A stretch of 64,000 nucleotides of DNA from an uncultured Oscillospiraceae bacterium (GCA_944385675.1 CALWYD010000080.1:35193-99192), one strand, 5' to 3'; shown: positions 30,671-41,225, numbered from the stretch's first letter. Made by a program: numbers and translations. Notes: generated from the letters alone by a model not told the origin.

Positions 30671-31342
30671 ATGGATAAAATACCGGAATATACAGGGACA
30701 CTGCGCAGCCATCTGCTGGATGTTCCTCATGTCATTCACCAGTGCTCAGGCATCCGCATCTTTGGCCGAAAAATTCGTTCCCTGGTCTTTTCTACCGATG
30801 TAGCCATTATCAAAAATGTAAACGCTGACGCAATTATTGCCGTATATCCGTTCACGCCTCAGCCCGCCATTGCCCAGGCCATCATCGGCGTGGCGGATGT
30901 CCCCGTGTTTGTGGGGGTGGGCGGAGGCACCACCAATGGCCCCCGCTCGGTACGCCTGGCCGCTTATGCGGAACATCAGGGGGCCTATGGCGTGGTAGTC
31001 AATGCTCCCATCTCCGACGAGACCATTTTCCAGATTAAAAAGGTAGTAGACATTCCTGTCATTGCCACCATTGTTTCCTCCGAGATGGATATCGGCACAC
31101 GGATTGCTGCCGGGGCCGACATTTTAAATGTCTCAGGGGCAGCCAAAACTCCGGAGATTGTCCGGACCATCCGCCAGGATTTCCCCGATGTAGCCATTAT
31201 TGCCACCGGGGGACCCACAGACGAGGATATTGAGCGCACCATCCAGGCAGGAGCCAATGCCATTACTTATACCCCGCCTACCAATGGAGCACTGTTTGCT
31301 CAAATGATGCGAAAATACCGCTCCCGCTTTGATCAAAATTGA
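30671..31342 (+). CDS. Conserved TIM-barrel protein of unknown function
   Basis: SGIRIFGRKIRS..FSTDVAII, YPFTPQ, GVGGG.T.G, IATGG. Confidence 0.75.
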   Translation: MDKIPEYTGTLRSHLLDVPHVIHQCSGIRIFGRKIRSLVFSTDVAIIKNVNADAIIAVYPFTPQPAIAQAIIGVADVPVFVGVGGGTTNGPRSVRLAAYAEHQGAYGVVVNAPISDETIFQIKKVVDIPVIATIVSSEMDIGTRIAAGADILNVSGAAKTPEIVRTIRQDFPDVAIIATGGPTDEDIERTIQAGANAITYTPPTNGALFAQMMRKYRSRFDQN

Positions 31343-31487
31343 ACCACATCTCCTTCCCGGGGGCCGCCACTCAGGCGGCCCCCTTTTATTCCCTCGGACA
31401 AAATTTCATGGAATTTTAATCTGTTGCTCCTGCCCTTTTAAGAACATCCTGATATACTTTTCATATTCTGATATGAGGTGAATATCC

Positions 31488-31718
31488 ATGCTGTCTCTTC
31501 TGGCCCTATCTCTTATCTGCCTGCTGCTCCTCCCTGTCTTGATGCTGGGGATGGCCCTTCTGAGTATCCCTTTTCTGGTTATTTTAGGGCTTTTGCCCTG
31601 GCTTCTGCGGGTAATGGCCGTGATTCTGCTCATCCGGGCTCTTATGGAGCAGCCATTCCATCTTGTCAGTCTGACCCCTGCCGCCATTGCGTTTCTCTTA
31701 TCTGTCTTGCTGCGCTAA
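31488..31718 (+). CDS. Small hydrophobic membrane protein
   Basis: GAGGTG RBS; almost entirely hydrophobic, 76 aa. Confidence 0.6.
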   Translation: MLSLLALSLICLLLLPVLMLGMALLSIPFLVILGLLPWLLRVMAVILLIRALMEQPFHLVSLTPAAIAFLLSVLLR

Positions 31719-31756
31719 AACAGCATAGGGAAATTTAAAAAAAGGAAATTTTCTTG

Positions 31757-31785
31757 TTGACAACTGGAAGAAAATCGGCTATACT
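31757..31785 (+). promoter_or_regulatory. Sigma-A promoter of tRNA cluster
   Basis: TTGACA-N17-TATACT with AT-rich UP element. Confidence 0.8.
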
Positions 31786-31815
31786 AACCCTTGCCCTGTT
31801 TGAGATGGGTGAGAA

Positions 31816-31892
31816 GGCGGCATAGCTCAGTTGGCTAGAGCACGCGGTTCATACCCGCGGTGTCACTGGTTCGAATCCAGTTGCCGCTACCA
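31816..31892 (+). tRNA. tRNA-Met (CAT)
   Basis: Cloverleaf, anticodon loop TTCATAC, GGTTCGAATCC, CCA end. Confidence 0.92.
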
Positions 31893-31937
31893 TATAAAGA
31901 TGAGCGGGTCGTTGATCCGATTTCATAGAAAGAAAAC

Positions 31938-32012
31938 GGCCCGGTGGTCAAGCGGTTAAGACTCCGCCCTTTCACGGCGGCAACACGGGTTCGAGTCCCG
32001 TCCGGGTCACCA
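31938..32012 (+). tRNA. tRNA-Glu (TTC)
   Basis: CCGCC-CTTTCAC-GGCGG anticodon arm, GGTTCGAGTCC, CCA. Confidence 0.95.
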
Positions 32013-32037
32013 CCTTTTTCGCCGTCTTTCTCCATAT

Positions 32038-32113
32038 GGAGGCATAGCTCAGCTGGTAGAGCGTCCGCCTCACACGCGGAAGGTCACAGATTCGAGTTCT
32101 GTTGTCTCCACCA
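32038..32113 (+). tRNA. tRNA-Val (CAC)
   Basis: TCCGC-CTCACAC-GCGGA anticodon arm, TTCGAG T-loop, CCA. Confidence 0.93.
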
Positions 32114-32323
32114 AAAAACAGTCACACCAAAAGGTGTGACTGTTTTTCGTTTCCATACTTCTCTTTGCTTTATTTCTTCATTCGGCGGGCCACCCCCTCC
32201 AACGGGTCAGGTCACAGATTCGAGTTTTTGTTGTCTCCACCAAAAAAACAGTCACACCAAAAGGTGTGACTGTTTTTCGTTTCCATACTCCTCTTTGCTT
32301 TATTTCTTCATTCGGCGGGCCAC
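32081..32323 (+). repeat. Tandem direct repeat (32081-32193 and 32209-32323) of tRNA-Val 3' end plus terminator
   Basis: AGGTCACAGATTCGAG...CTCCACCA-AAAAACAGTCACACC-AAAA-GGTGTGACTGTTTTT...TTCGGCGGGCCAC occurs twice with few differences. Confidence 0.92.
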
Positions 32324-32353
32324 GCACTCCCATGGGACACATCCCACAGGCGT

Positions 32354-33025
32354 TTACTCCAATCCCATCTCCTCCATGGCATGAATCATGTGGATGGCCA
32401 TGGCGTGCTCGGCTCCAGCCTCGTCCCCGCGGCGAAAGAAATCCATAAGCAGGGCATGGTCTTGAAGAGTCACTTGAGCCAGCGCCTCCTCATGTTCTCC
32501 GGTGGAGATAGCTTCTTCTACGGCCTGACTGATCACCGGCAGCAGGCGCATCATAAATTCATTGTGGGTGGCCCGGACGATAGCAGCATGGAAGGCCCGG
32601 TCGGCTCGGGTGCGATCCCGACCGGAACGGATACACAGCTCCACTGCCGCCCCCTTGTCCAAAATGTCCTTCAGCTCCTCCGGCTCTGCCCGACGACAGG
32701 CTAAGCGGGCGGCCTGGGGCTCGAAAACAGCGCGCAGCTCAAACAGATCCCGCAGACGGCCCCGTACCCGCTCCAGCCTTGCAAAGCCAAAATCGCCTTC
32801 CCGTGCTCCCTGAGCTACAAAGGTTCCCTTACCCCGGCGCACCTCCAGGACTCCCTGGGCTGTCAAATCCCGCAGCGCTTCCCGTAAAGTAGTCCTGCTC
32901 ACCCCAAGCTGCTGGGCCAGTTCCACCTCGTTGGGCAGCTTATCCCCCGGGGCCAGACGGCCCTCTACAGCAATCATGGTATACAGCCGCCGGAAGGTCT
33001 GCTCTCTGAGATTGGCCTTATCCAT
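32354..33025 (-). CDS. FadR/GntR family transcriptional regulator
   Basis: GDKLPNE.ELA..LGVSRTTLREAL, RRGKGTFV; FCD domain D.AFH..I..ATHN. Confidence 0.92.
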   Translation of the reverse strand: MDKANLREQTFRRLYTMIAVEGRLAPGDKLPNEVELAQQLGVSRTTLREALRDLTAQGVLEVRRGKGTFVAQGAREGDFGFARLERVRGRLRDLFELRAVFEPQAARLACRRAEPEELKDILDKGAAVELCIRSGRDRTRADRAFHAAIVRATHNEFMMRLLPVISQAVEEAISTGEHEEALAQVTLQDHALLMDFFRRGDEAGAEHAMAIHMIHAMEEMGLE

Positions 33026-33084
33026 GGCATGTCCTCCTTCCCGCCCTCCCGGCGGAATTTTTTAATAAACGGACACGTAGCCCC

Positions 33085-33145
33085 TTGACATCCTCCCCTC
33101 TATCCTATACTATGTAGTCAGACAATGCAAGTAAAATCAGACAAC
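33085..33145 (+). promoter_or_regulatory. ilvD promoter with repeated TCAGACAA candidate operator
   Basis: TTGACA-N17-TACTAT followed by two TCAGACAA copies. Confidence 0.55.
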
Positions 33146-33177
33146 TTGTTGCAGTTTTATTGAGGAGGTTTGTTTCC

Positions 33178-34839
33178 ATGCGCAGCGATGTTGTGAAAAA
33201 AGGCATTCCCGCCGCCCCCAACCGCTCCCTGCTCTATGCCCTTGGCTATACCAAAGAGGAGCTGGAGCGGCCCCTTATCGGCGTAGTGTGTTCCTATAAT
33301 GAGATTGTCCCCGGCCACATGAATCTGGACAAGATTGCCGATGCCGTCAAAGCGGGTATCCGATCTGCCGGAGGCACCCCGGTGGAGTTTCCTGCCATTG
33401 CGGTGTGCGACGGCATTGCCATGGGACACGTGGGAATGAAGTACTCCCTGGTCACCCGGGACCTCATTGCAGATTCCACCGAAGCCATGGCCCTGGCACA
33501 CCAGTTTGACGGGCTGGTCATGATCCCCAACTGCGATAAAAACGTGCCTGGCCTTCTGATGGCCGCCGCCCGGGTAAATATTCCCACCATTTTTGTCTCC
33601 GGCGGCCCCATGCTTTCGGGAACCCTCAACGACGGCCGGCGCACTTGCCTCTCCCACATGTTCGAGGCGGTGGGGGCCTATTACGCCGGCAAACTGGATG
33701 AGACGGGTGTGGAGGAGTACGAGAACAACGCCTGCCCCACCTGCGGATCCTGCTCGGGAATGTATACCGCCAACTCCATGAACTGCCTCACCGAGGCCAT
33801 CGGTATGGCCCTGCAGGGCAACGGCACCATCCCTGCTGTCTACTCCGCCCGGCTGCGCCTGGCCAAGCATGCGGGGATGAAGGTGATGGAGCTGGTAGAG
33901 AAAAATATTCGCCCCCGGGATATTATGACCCCCGCGGCCTTCCACAACGCTGAGACCATCGACATGGCCCTGGGCTGCTCCACCAACACTATGCTCCACC
34001 TGCCGGCCATTGCCCACGAATGCGGCATCGAGCTGTCCTTCGATATGGCTAACGAGATCTCCGAGAAGACCCCCAATTTGTGCCACCTGGCCCCCGCCGG
34101 GGATACTTATATGGAGGATCTGGATCGGGCGGGCGGGGTGTACGCAGTGATGGCCGAACTGGCCAAGAAAGGCCTTATCGACACTAGCCTGCTCACCTGC
34201 ACTGGCAAGACCATTGCCGAGAACCTGTCGGGCGTAGTCAACCGCAATCCGCAGATCATCCGCCCCATTGACAACCCCTACTCCAAAACAGGGGGCATCG
34301 CAGTACTTAAGGGCAATCTGGCCCCTGACGGCTGCGTGGTCAAGCAGTCGGCAGTGGCCCCGGAGATGATGGTACATCAGGGCCCCGCCCGGGTATTTAA
34401 TTCTGAGGAGGAGGCCATCGAGGCTATCTACGCAGGCAAAATTGTGGCCGGAGATGTGGTAGTAATCCGCTACGAGGGGCCCAAGGGGGGGCCGGGCATG
34501 CGGGAAATGCTCAATCCTACCTCTGCCATCGCGGGGATGGGACTGGACAAGGATGTGGCCCTTATCACCGACGGACGATTTTCCGGAGCTACCCGTGGGG
34601 CTTCTATCGGCCACGTATCTCCCGAAGCGGCTTCCGGCGGCCCCATCGGACTGGTGGAGGAGGGGGACCTTATATCCATCAACATCCCCAACCACTCCAT
34701 TACTCTGGAGGTGGATGAGGCCACCCTGGCTGCCCGGAAGGCCCGGTGGGTCTGTCCCGAACCCAAAATCAAAACCGGCTACCTGGCCCGGTACGCCAGG
34801 CTGGTCTCCTCTGCCGACCGGGGAGCGATTTTGGAGTAA
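33178..34839 (+). CDS. ilvD: Dihydroxy-acid dehydratase
   Basis: [49 protein letters not shown]. Confidence 0.95.
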   Translation: MRSDVVKKGIPAAPNRSLLYALGYTKEELERPLIGVVCSYNEIVPGHMNLDKIADAVKAGIRSAGGTPVEFPAIAVCDGIAMGHVGMKYSLVTRDLIADSTEAMALAHQFDGLVMIPNCDKNVPGLLMAAARVNIPTIFVSGGPMLSGTLNDGRRTCLSHMFEAVGAYYAGKLDETGVEEYENNACPTCGSCSGMYTANSMNCLTEAIGMALQGNGTIPAVYSARLRLAKHAGMKVMELVEKNIRPRDIMTPAAFHNAETIDMALGCSTNTMLHLPAIAHECGIELSFDMANEISEKTPNLCHLAPAGDTYMEDLDRAGGVYAVMAELAKKGLIDTSLLTCTGKTIAENLSGVVNRNPQIIRPIDNPYSKTGGIAVLKGNLAPDGCVVKQSAVAPEMMVHQGPARVFNSEEEAIEAIYAGKIVAGDVVVIRYEGPKGGPGMREMLNPTSAIAGMGLDKDVALITDGRFSGATRGASIGHVSPEAASGGPIGLVEEGDLISINIPNHSITLEVDEATLAARKARWVCPEPKIKTGYLARYARLVSSADRGAILE

Positions 34840-34841
34840 TC

Positions 34842-34881
34842 AAAAAAGGCCGCGTCTGCCTTACGCAGACGCGGCCTTTTT
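34842..34881. terminator. Bidirectional terminator
   Basis: AAAAAAGGCCGCGTCTGC-CTTAC-GCAGACGCGGCCTTTTTT. Confidence 0.85.
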
Positions 34882-34893
34882 TATATCATTCTC

Positions 34894-36264
34894 TCACATA
34901 TGGGAATCTGTAGGCAACAGCTTTTTCCGCCGGCTGAGAAACAGGGTCAGAGTGGTGGCAGAGGCCAAAAAGTCGGCCACAGGTTCCGCTACATAGATAC
35001 CCATAACGCTGCCCGTTACCCGGGGCAGGATAATGGCAAGGGGAACCAGCAAAATGACTTTTCGCAAAAGGGCCAGAAACAGGCTGGTCCGCGCCTGCCC
35101 CAAGGCCATGAACGTGATCTGACAGGCCATCTGGGCACCAAATGCCCAGATGCCTCCGAAAAAGATGGGCATCACTTGTGCCACCAACTCCACCAGCTGG
35201 GCATTGTTGTTAAACAGCCGGGCCAACAGCTCCGGAAACAGGCAGACGATAAGAAATGCGCAGATGGTCACCGTCATGGTGACAGCCAACAGGCGTTTAA
35301 ACGTGTCCCGCACTCTGCGGTAGTCGCCCGCCCCATAGTTATAGCTCATAATGGGCTGAACGCCCTGGGTGATCCCCTGGGTGGGCATGACTATCATCTG
35401 CATCACCGACTGGAGAATGGTCATAGAGCCCACATACAGGTCATTGCCAAAGGTCTGCAGACCGGTGTTCAGCACCACCGTGACCAGACTCTCAGTAGAC
35501 TGCATGATAAACGGGGCAATGCCCAAAGCGACAATATTTACTGTGGTTTTCCGCCGCAATTTCATATTTTTCCAGCGTACCCGCAGCCCGGAACGGGAGG
35601 AACACAGGAAAAGCAGTACCCAGGCGGCACTCACTGCTTGGGAGAGAATGGTGGCAATGGCCGCGCCCTGCACACCCAGGTCAAAGAGGAAAATAAACAC
35701 CGGATCCAACACAATGTTTAAAACTGCCCCAATCAGTACACTGAGCATGGCCACAGTGGCCTTGCCCTGGGCGCTAATAAAAGTGTTCAGACCCAGGGCC
35801 AGCTGGACAAACACCGTGCCCAGCAGATAGATTCCGATGTAGTCCACCCCATAACCGATGGTCTCCTGGGATGCACCGAAGGCCATGAGCAAGGGACGCT
35901 TAAATATGCTGAAAGCAACCGTAAGTATTGCCGCTGCACCTAAAAGCAGGGTCAAGGAATTGCCCAAAATCTGCTCCGCACCATCCCGGTCGCCTGCTCC
36001 CAGCCGGATAGAGGCCAGAGGAGCGCCTCCCTGGCCGGCAAAGGCGGCAAAGGCGGAGATGAGTAGAATGATAGGAAAGGTGACTCCTACGCCGGTCAAC
36101 GCAGTCTGCCCCACAACAGGGATGTGGCCGATGTAAATCCGGTCCACAATATTGTATAGCATATTGATGATCTGCGCCGCCACAGCAGGAACAGCCAGCT
36201 TCAGCATCAAACGTCCAATCGGCGCCTTGGCCAGCGCCTCTTCCCCTTTATATTGCTGTGACAC
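34894..36264 (-). CDS. MATE family efflux transporter
   Basis: LYNIVDRIYIG, LNIVLDPVFI, GAAIAT, YNYGAG. Confidence 0.92.
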   Translation of the reverse strand: MSQQYKGEEALAKAPIGRLMLKLAVPAVAAQIINMLYNIVDRIYIGHIPVVGQTALTGVGVTFPIILLISAFAAFAGQGGAPLASIRLGAGDRDGAEQILGNSLTLLLGAAAILTVAFSIFKRPLLMAFGASQETIGYGVDYIGIYLLGTVFVQLALGLNTFISAQGKATVAMLSVLIGAVLNIVLDPVFIFLFDLGVQGAAIATILSQAVSAAWVLLFLCSSRSGLRVRWKNMKLRRKTTVNIVALGIAPFIMQSTESLVTVVLNTGLQTFGNDLYVGSMTILQSVMQMIVMPTQGITQGVQPIMSYNYGAGDYRRVRDTFKRLLAVTMTVTICAFLIVCLFPELLARLFNNNAQLVELVAQVMPIFFGGIWAFGAQMACQITFMALGQARTSLFLALLRKVILLVPLAIILPRVTGSVMGIYVAEPVADFLASATTLTLFLSRRKKLLPTDSHM

Positions 36265-36460
36265 GGAATATTCACTCCTTGCCGGAAAAGATTCCTTAAA
36301 GATTCTTTATAGTATAGCACTAAAGTTCTCAGGGGACAAGGGGCATTCTTTTTGCCAAAGTTGCACAGTTTCTGTCCTATCGTGTCTCCCGGCCAAGATT
36401 CGGTTGCACCGGCGGAAAAAACGTGGGATAATGGAACAAACAGCACAAGGAGGCAAGCCC

Positions 36461-38452
36461 ATGAAGTCCAAAAAGGCTTTTAAGCCCGAAGAGCTGCGCT
36501 ATCTCAGCCTGCTGGCCAAGCAGTATCCCACTGTCCAGGCAGCCAGTACAGAGATTGTCAATCTCCAGGCCATTATGAACCTGCCCAAGGGCACCGAACA
36601 CTTTATTTCCGACATTCACGGGGAGCATGAAGCCTTCCTCCATATTCTTAACTCCTGCTCGGGGGTGGTGAAGGAGAAGCTGGACGAGTTGTTTGGCGCC
36701 AGTCTGCCCCGCTCTGAACGGGATCAGCTGGCCACCCTCATTTATTACCCGGAAGAGAAGTTGGAGCTTGTACGCCGGGAGACGTCAGACTTGAGAGAGT
36801 GGTACCGGATTACGCTCCACCGTCTTATTGAGGCCTGCCGCTGGGTCTCCTCCAAGTACAGCCGCTCCAAGGTTCGCAAGGCCCTGCCCAAGGACTACGC
36901 CTATATTATTGATGAGCTGCTCCACACCCACTATGAGGAGGAGGATAAGCGGGACTACTACGAAAATATCATCAACACCATTATTGACATCGACCAGGCC
37001 CCCGGCTTTATCGTAGCGGTATGTTCCGTTATTAAACGCATGGCAGTGGACCACCTGCATATTGTAGGAGATATTTTTGACCGGGGCCCCCGGGCCGACA
37101 TTATTATGGACTCTCTGCTGGACTATCACAGTGTGGACATTCAGTGGGGCAACCACGACATTTTATGGATGGGTGCGGCCTCCGGCTCCCGCACTTTGGT
37201 GGCTACAGTGCTGGCCAACTCCATCCATTATAACAATCTTGAAGTGATTGAGACGGGTTACGGCATCTCCCTACGCCCCCTGTCCATCTTCGCCAATGAG
37301 GTATATAAGGACTGTGACACCCATTGCTTTGCCGTCAAGCTCACCGGTTCAGACGGGAAACAGTATACAGAAAAGGACAAGCTTCTCTCTGCCCGGATGC
37401 ACAAGGCTATCACTGTCATCTTGTTTAAGCTGGAGGGGCAGAAAATTCTCCGCTGGCCCGAATTTGGCATGGCTGACCGACTGTTATTGGACAAAATTGA
37501 CTATAAAAATAAGTGTATTACCATTGGGGGCATTACCTATGCCCTGGAGGACTGTGACTTCCCCACGGTGGATCCCGCCGATCCTTACACCCTGACCCCG
37601 GAAGAGAGCCAGGTGATTGACCAGCTCACTGCCGGCTTCCGCCGCAGTGAAAAGCTCCAGCGCCATATTCGCTTTCTCTACTCCAAAGGCGGGCTTTACA
37701 AAATTTATAATGGTAACCTGATGTTCCACGGCTGTATTCCTATGGCCCAGGACGGCACCTTCCTCTCCTTCACCATCGGAGGAAAGGAACGCTCTGGCCG
37801 GGCCTTCCTGGATTATGCAGAAAAAACTGCACGTAAAGCGTACTATGATAAACCGGGCTCCTCTGAACGGCAGTTTGGCATGGACTTCCTCTGGTGGCTG
37901 TGGGCCGGACGCAACAGCCCCATCTTTGGCCGGGATAGAATGACCACCTTTGAGCGCCGACTCATCAAGGATGAGAGCGCTTGGGCCGAGCCCAAAAACT
38001 GCTACTACACCTTGTATAATGACCCGGCAATCTGCGAGATGATCCTGCGGGAATTTGGCCTGGAGGGTCCCCACTGCCACATCATCAATGGCCATATCCC
38101 CGTGAAGGCTAAGAAAGGGGAGAGTCCCATCAAAGGGGGCGGGAAACTCATCGTCATTGACGGCGGCTTCTGCAAAGCCTACCAGCCAACCTCGGGCATT
38201 GCAGGATACACCCTTATTTACAACTCTCACAACATCCGCATTGTCTCCCACCAGCCCTTTGCCGGACGGCGGGACGCTATTCTCCATAACCACGATATTG
38301 CCAACGATTCCCTCATCTTTGAACGCATGGAGTCCCGGGTGAAGATTGCCGAAACAGACATTGGCCGCCAGCTGCAGTCCCAGGCCGATGATCTGCGTCG
38401 CCTGCTGGACGCCTACCGCTCCGGCGCTGTTACGGAGGATCATAAGGACTGA
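36461..38452 (+). CDS. fbp: Fructose-1,6-bisphosphatase class III
   Basis: NLPKGTEHFISDIHGE, GDIFDRGP, WGNHD, IDGGF. Confidence 0.95.
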   Translation: MKSKKAFKPEELRYLSLLAKQYPTVQAASTEIVNLQAIMNLPKGTEHFISDIHGEHEAFLHILNSCSGVVKEKLDELFGASLPRSERDQLATLIYYPEEKLELVRRETSDLREWYRITLHRLIEACRWVSSKYSRSKVRKALPKDYAYIIDELLHTHYEEEDKRDYYENIINTIIDIDQAPGFIVAVCSVIKRMAVDHLHIVGDIFDRGPRADIIMDSLLDYHSVDIQWGNHDILWMGAASGSRTLVATVLANSIHYNNLEVIETGYGISLRPLSIFANEVYKDCDTHCFAVKLTGSDGKQYTEKDKLLSARMHKAITVILFKLEGQKILRWPEFGMADRLLLDKIDYKNKCITIGGITYALEDCDFPTVDPADPYTLTPEESQVIDQLTAGFRRSEKLQRHIRFLYSKGGLYKIYNGNLMFHGCIPMAQDGTFLSFTIGGKERSGRAFLDYAEKTARKAYYDKPGSSERQFGMDFLWWLWAGRNSPIFGRDRMTTFERRLIKDESAWAEPKNCYYTLYNDPAICEMILREFGLEGPHCHIINGHIPVKAKKGESPIKGGGKLIVIDGGFCKAYQPTSGIAGYTLIYNSHNIRIVSHQPFAGRRDAILHNHDIANDSLIFERMESRVKIAETDIGRQLQSQADDLRRLLDAYRSGAVTEDHKD

Positions 38453-38525
38453 GTTTCTGGTATTCCCCTTTGCTCTTGACAAACCCGTAAGAAATACATA
38501 CAATATTTGCGACCGCAGACAATCG

Positions 38526-38627
38526 AACACAGGGGCGCTGGGAGCTGTTCCCGGCTGAGATGGAAAGTGACCGTGCCACTTTCAGTCCCTTGAACCTGAT
38601 CCGGGTAATGCCGGCGTAGGAAGTGGA
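38526..38627 (+). ncRNA. TPP riboswitch
   Basis: GGGG..CTGAGA...CCCTTGAACCTGATCCGGGTAATGCCGGCGTAGGAAG; TTGACA-N17-TACAAT promoter at 38476-38504; upstream of thiT. Confidence 0.93.
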
Positions 38628-38709
38628 CGAGTTTTCCTCGTTTCGTCCGTTGTACCGCACCGCACCCGTTTGGATGTGCTGCGGTACATCATTTTAGGAG
38701 GAAACGACT

Positions 38710-39324
38710 ATGACAACCCAACAAGCACAGACATCCACTGCCTTTCCGGCCCACCTGCGGGTGCGCCGACTGGTAGAGAGCGCGGTCATGCTGGCCATTG
38801 CCGTGGTGCTCTCCCTGTTCCCCTTCTCCAGCCCCTGGGCCCTGGGGGGCGGAATTACCGTATGCTCCATGCTGCCTTTGGTGATCCTCTCCTGGCGGTA
38901 CGGCTGCCTGTGGGGCACCTTTGCCGCCTTCGTATACAGCCTGCTTCAGATGCTGCTGGGCATCCAGAACGTGCAGTACGCCGACAGCGTGGCCACGGCA
39001 ATCTTGATCATTCTCTTTGACTATGTGCTGGCCTTTTCTGTTATTGGCCTGTCCTCTATATTTAAGGGCCGCCTGGGCCGTCCCCGGCTAGAACTGGTCG
39101 TAGGCATCACGGTCACTTTCCTGGTTCGGCTGGCCTGCCACTATATCTCCGGCGTGGTGGTGTGGGAGGTGCTATGGCCCAATGAGTTGGGCTGGGCAGC
39201 CCCCGTGTGGTCCATTGCCTACAACGGCAGTTACATGATTCCAGAAATTATTATCACCGGCTTGGTGGCCTACTTCAGCTATCCGCCTCTGGAGCGGTAC
39301 TACCAGGGAGGCGACTTGAAGTAA
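38710..39324 (+). CDS. thiT: ECF thiamine transporter S component
   Basis: GGGIT..SMLPL, DYVLAF, CHYISGV, SIAYNGSY; under TPP riboswitch. Confidence 0.9.
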   Translation: MTTQQAQTSTAFPAHLRVRRLVESAVMLAIAVVLSLFPFSSPWALGGGITVCSMLPLVILSWRYGCLWGTFAAFVYSLLQMLLGIQNVQYADSVATAILIILFDYVLAFSVIGLSSIFKGRLGRPRLELVVGITVTFLVRLACHYISGVVVWEVLWPNELGWAAPVWSIAYNGSYMIPEIIITGLVAYFSYPPLERYYQGGDLK

Positions 39325-39348
39325 CCTCCCGGCGGGAGGGAGGTTTGA

Positions 39349-40155
39349 ATGGGAAAATTTGATGGAGTCCTGCTGGTCAGCGACTTTGATGATACCCTGT
39401 ACGGTGCGAATCGGCGCATTCCTCCCCGCAATCTGCAGGCACTGGATTACTTTGTGGGTGAGGGGGGGCGCTTTACCGTAGCCACTGGGCGGGCCTACCG
39501 CACCTTCGCCCCCTATGTCCATCTGGCCCCCATCAACGCTCCCGTTGTGCTGTCCAACGGGGCAACCCTGTACGATTTCGACCGACAGGAGTTGCTGGAA
39601 CAGACCTACCTCCCCCTCACTTCCCCCCAGGATTTTGTCCAGCTGCTGGAGGAGTTTCCCTCCCTGGGGATGGAAATTTATCACGCAGAGGACATCTATG
39701 TCTGGAATGCCAACTCTATTACCGATGCCCACATGAAAAAAGTGGGTATGGAGTACACGGTCTGTCCCCCCCAGCAGACTCCTACCCCCTGGTCAAAGGC
39801 CATTCTGCAGCAGCAAAATCCCTTCCTGCGCCAGGTTCAATCCTGGTTCCTGGCCCGGCATGGGGACAACTACGAGGCTATCTTTTCCAACCCCTACTAT
39901 CTGGAAGTCACCTGCAAGGGCAGTACCAAGGGCGGCATGACCGCCCTATTGGCCCGGCACCTGTCCATTGCCCCGGAGCGAGTATACTGTGTGGGGGACA
40001 ATCAAAATGATATTCCCATGCTGGCCCTCTCCGCCATCCCGTTTGCCCCGGCCAACTGTGCCCAGGAGGTAAAGGACTGGGGCGCCCGGGTGCTGTGCCA
40101 CTGCGACCAGGGGGTCATGGGTGACATTGTGGACATTCTGGACAAGCTCTATTAA
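39349..40155 (+). CDS. Cof-type HAD-IIB hydrolase
   Basis: SDFDDTL, ATGR, NGA, GDNQNDIPM. Confidence 0.9.
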   Translation: MGKFDGVLLVSDFDDTLYGANRRIPPRNLQALDYFVGEGGRFTVATGRAYRTFAPYVHLAPINAPVVLSNGATLYDFDRQELLEQTYLPLTSPQDFVQLLEEFPSLGMEIYHAEDIYVWNANSITDAHMKKVGMEYTVCPPQQTPTPWSKAILQQQNPFLRQVQSWFLARHGDNYEAIFSNPYYLEVTCKGSTKGGMTALLARHLSIAPERVYCVGDNQNDIPMLALSAIPFAPANCAQEVKDWGARVLCHCDQGVMGDIVDILDKLY

Positions 40156-40192
40156 ACGCATCAGGCGCCCCGAGAGACTTCGGGGCGCCTGA

Positions 40193-40831
40193 TTATTTTT
40201 CTTGGCTGTGGGCATCGGGAGCCAGGTAGTCCTCCACATCAAAGGCAAGATCCCGCCAGTAAAAGTCCCGGTCAGCACAGGTAATCTCCCGTACCACCCG
40301 GCAGGGATTTCCAGCAGCCACCACCCCCGGCGGCACGTCCCGGCCCACCACGCTGCCCGCCGCGATTACCGCGTTGTCCCCCACAGTGACGCCGGGGAGC
40401 AGAATCACACCGCCCCCGATCCACACATTGTTCCCGATGACAATGGGCCGTCCATACTCATAGCCCGAGTTCCGGGCCTGGGGATGGAGGGGGTGCCCGG
40501 CGGTGAAGATGGACACGTTGGGGGCGATGAATACGTTGTCCCCAATGGTCACCGGAGCGTTGTCCAGAATGATCAGGTTGTAGTTGGCGTAGAAGTTGTC
40601 CCCCACAGAGATGTTGTCCCCGTAGTCACAGCGAAAAGGGCTTTCGATCCAGGGGTTTTTCCCCACCCGACCCAGCAGCCCCCGCAGCAGGGCCATGGAG
40701 GCCTCCTGCTCCTCCGGGGGCATGTTGTTGAAGACATGCAGCTTCTTTTTCGCCTCCAGCCGCTGCTGGGGCAGGCCGTCCTTCCACGCCTGATAGGGCA
40801 AACCGGCCCTCATGCGCTGACTGTGATCCAT
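40193..40831 (-). CDS. Maltose/galactoside O-acetyltransferase
   Basis: PFRCDYG.NI..G, hexapeptide repeats, GNPCRV. Confidence 0.9.
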   Translation of the reverse strand: MDHSQRMRAGLPYQAWKDGLPQQRLEAKKKLHVFNNMPPEEQEASMALLRGLLGRVGKNPWIESPFRCDYGDNISVGDNFYANYNLIILDNAPVTIGDNVFIAPNVSIFTAGHPLHPQARNSGYEYGRPIVIGNNVWIGGGVILLPGVTVGDNAVIAAGSVVGRDVPPGVVAAGNPCRVVREITCADRDFYWRDLAFDVEDYLAPDAHSQEK

Positions 40832-40976
40832 GGCTGTGCCGCCTCCTTTAAGTTGGTGGGGTGTGTCTGACAACATTATACCATCCCCCGGTCCCGGGCA
40901 CAAGGCAAAGCGACATATCCCAGACCCCCGGCGCATATAACATCCATAGGACTACCGCTTGATGGGAGTGTTGTGG

Positions 40977-41225
40977 GTGAAAGGAAACATCGAGGACCGG
41001 GCTCAGATCATGGCCCTTTACATCATAGAAAACCGCGCCACCGTGCGGGCCTGCGCTCGAAAATTCGGCATCTCCAAGTCCACGGTGCACAAGGATCTGG
41101 CGGAGCGGCTTCCCGCCTTTAACCGTACCCTGTACCTCCAGGTAAAGCAAGTGCTGGAGGAGAACAAAGCCGAGCGCCACATTCGGGGCGGTATCGCCAC
41201 CCGGCGCAAGTACAAAGGAGTGTAA
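40977..41225 (+). CDS. spoIIID: Sporulation transcription factor SpoIIID
   Basis: ATVR..A..FGISKSTVHKD..ERL, NKAERHIRGG.AT. Confidence 0.95.
   Translation: MKGNIEDRAQIMALYIIENRATVRACARKFGISKSTVHKDLAERLPAFNRTLYLQVKQVLEENKAERHIRGGIATRRKYKGV

Noticed and set aside
32081-32323. CRISPR array
   Set aside because: Only two long units derived from a tRNA end; no spacers or cas genes
31835-32448. ORFs overlapping the tRNA cluster
   Set aside because: Shadow ORFs over tRNA genes and the duplicated terminator
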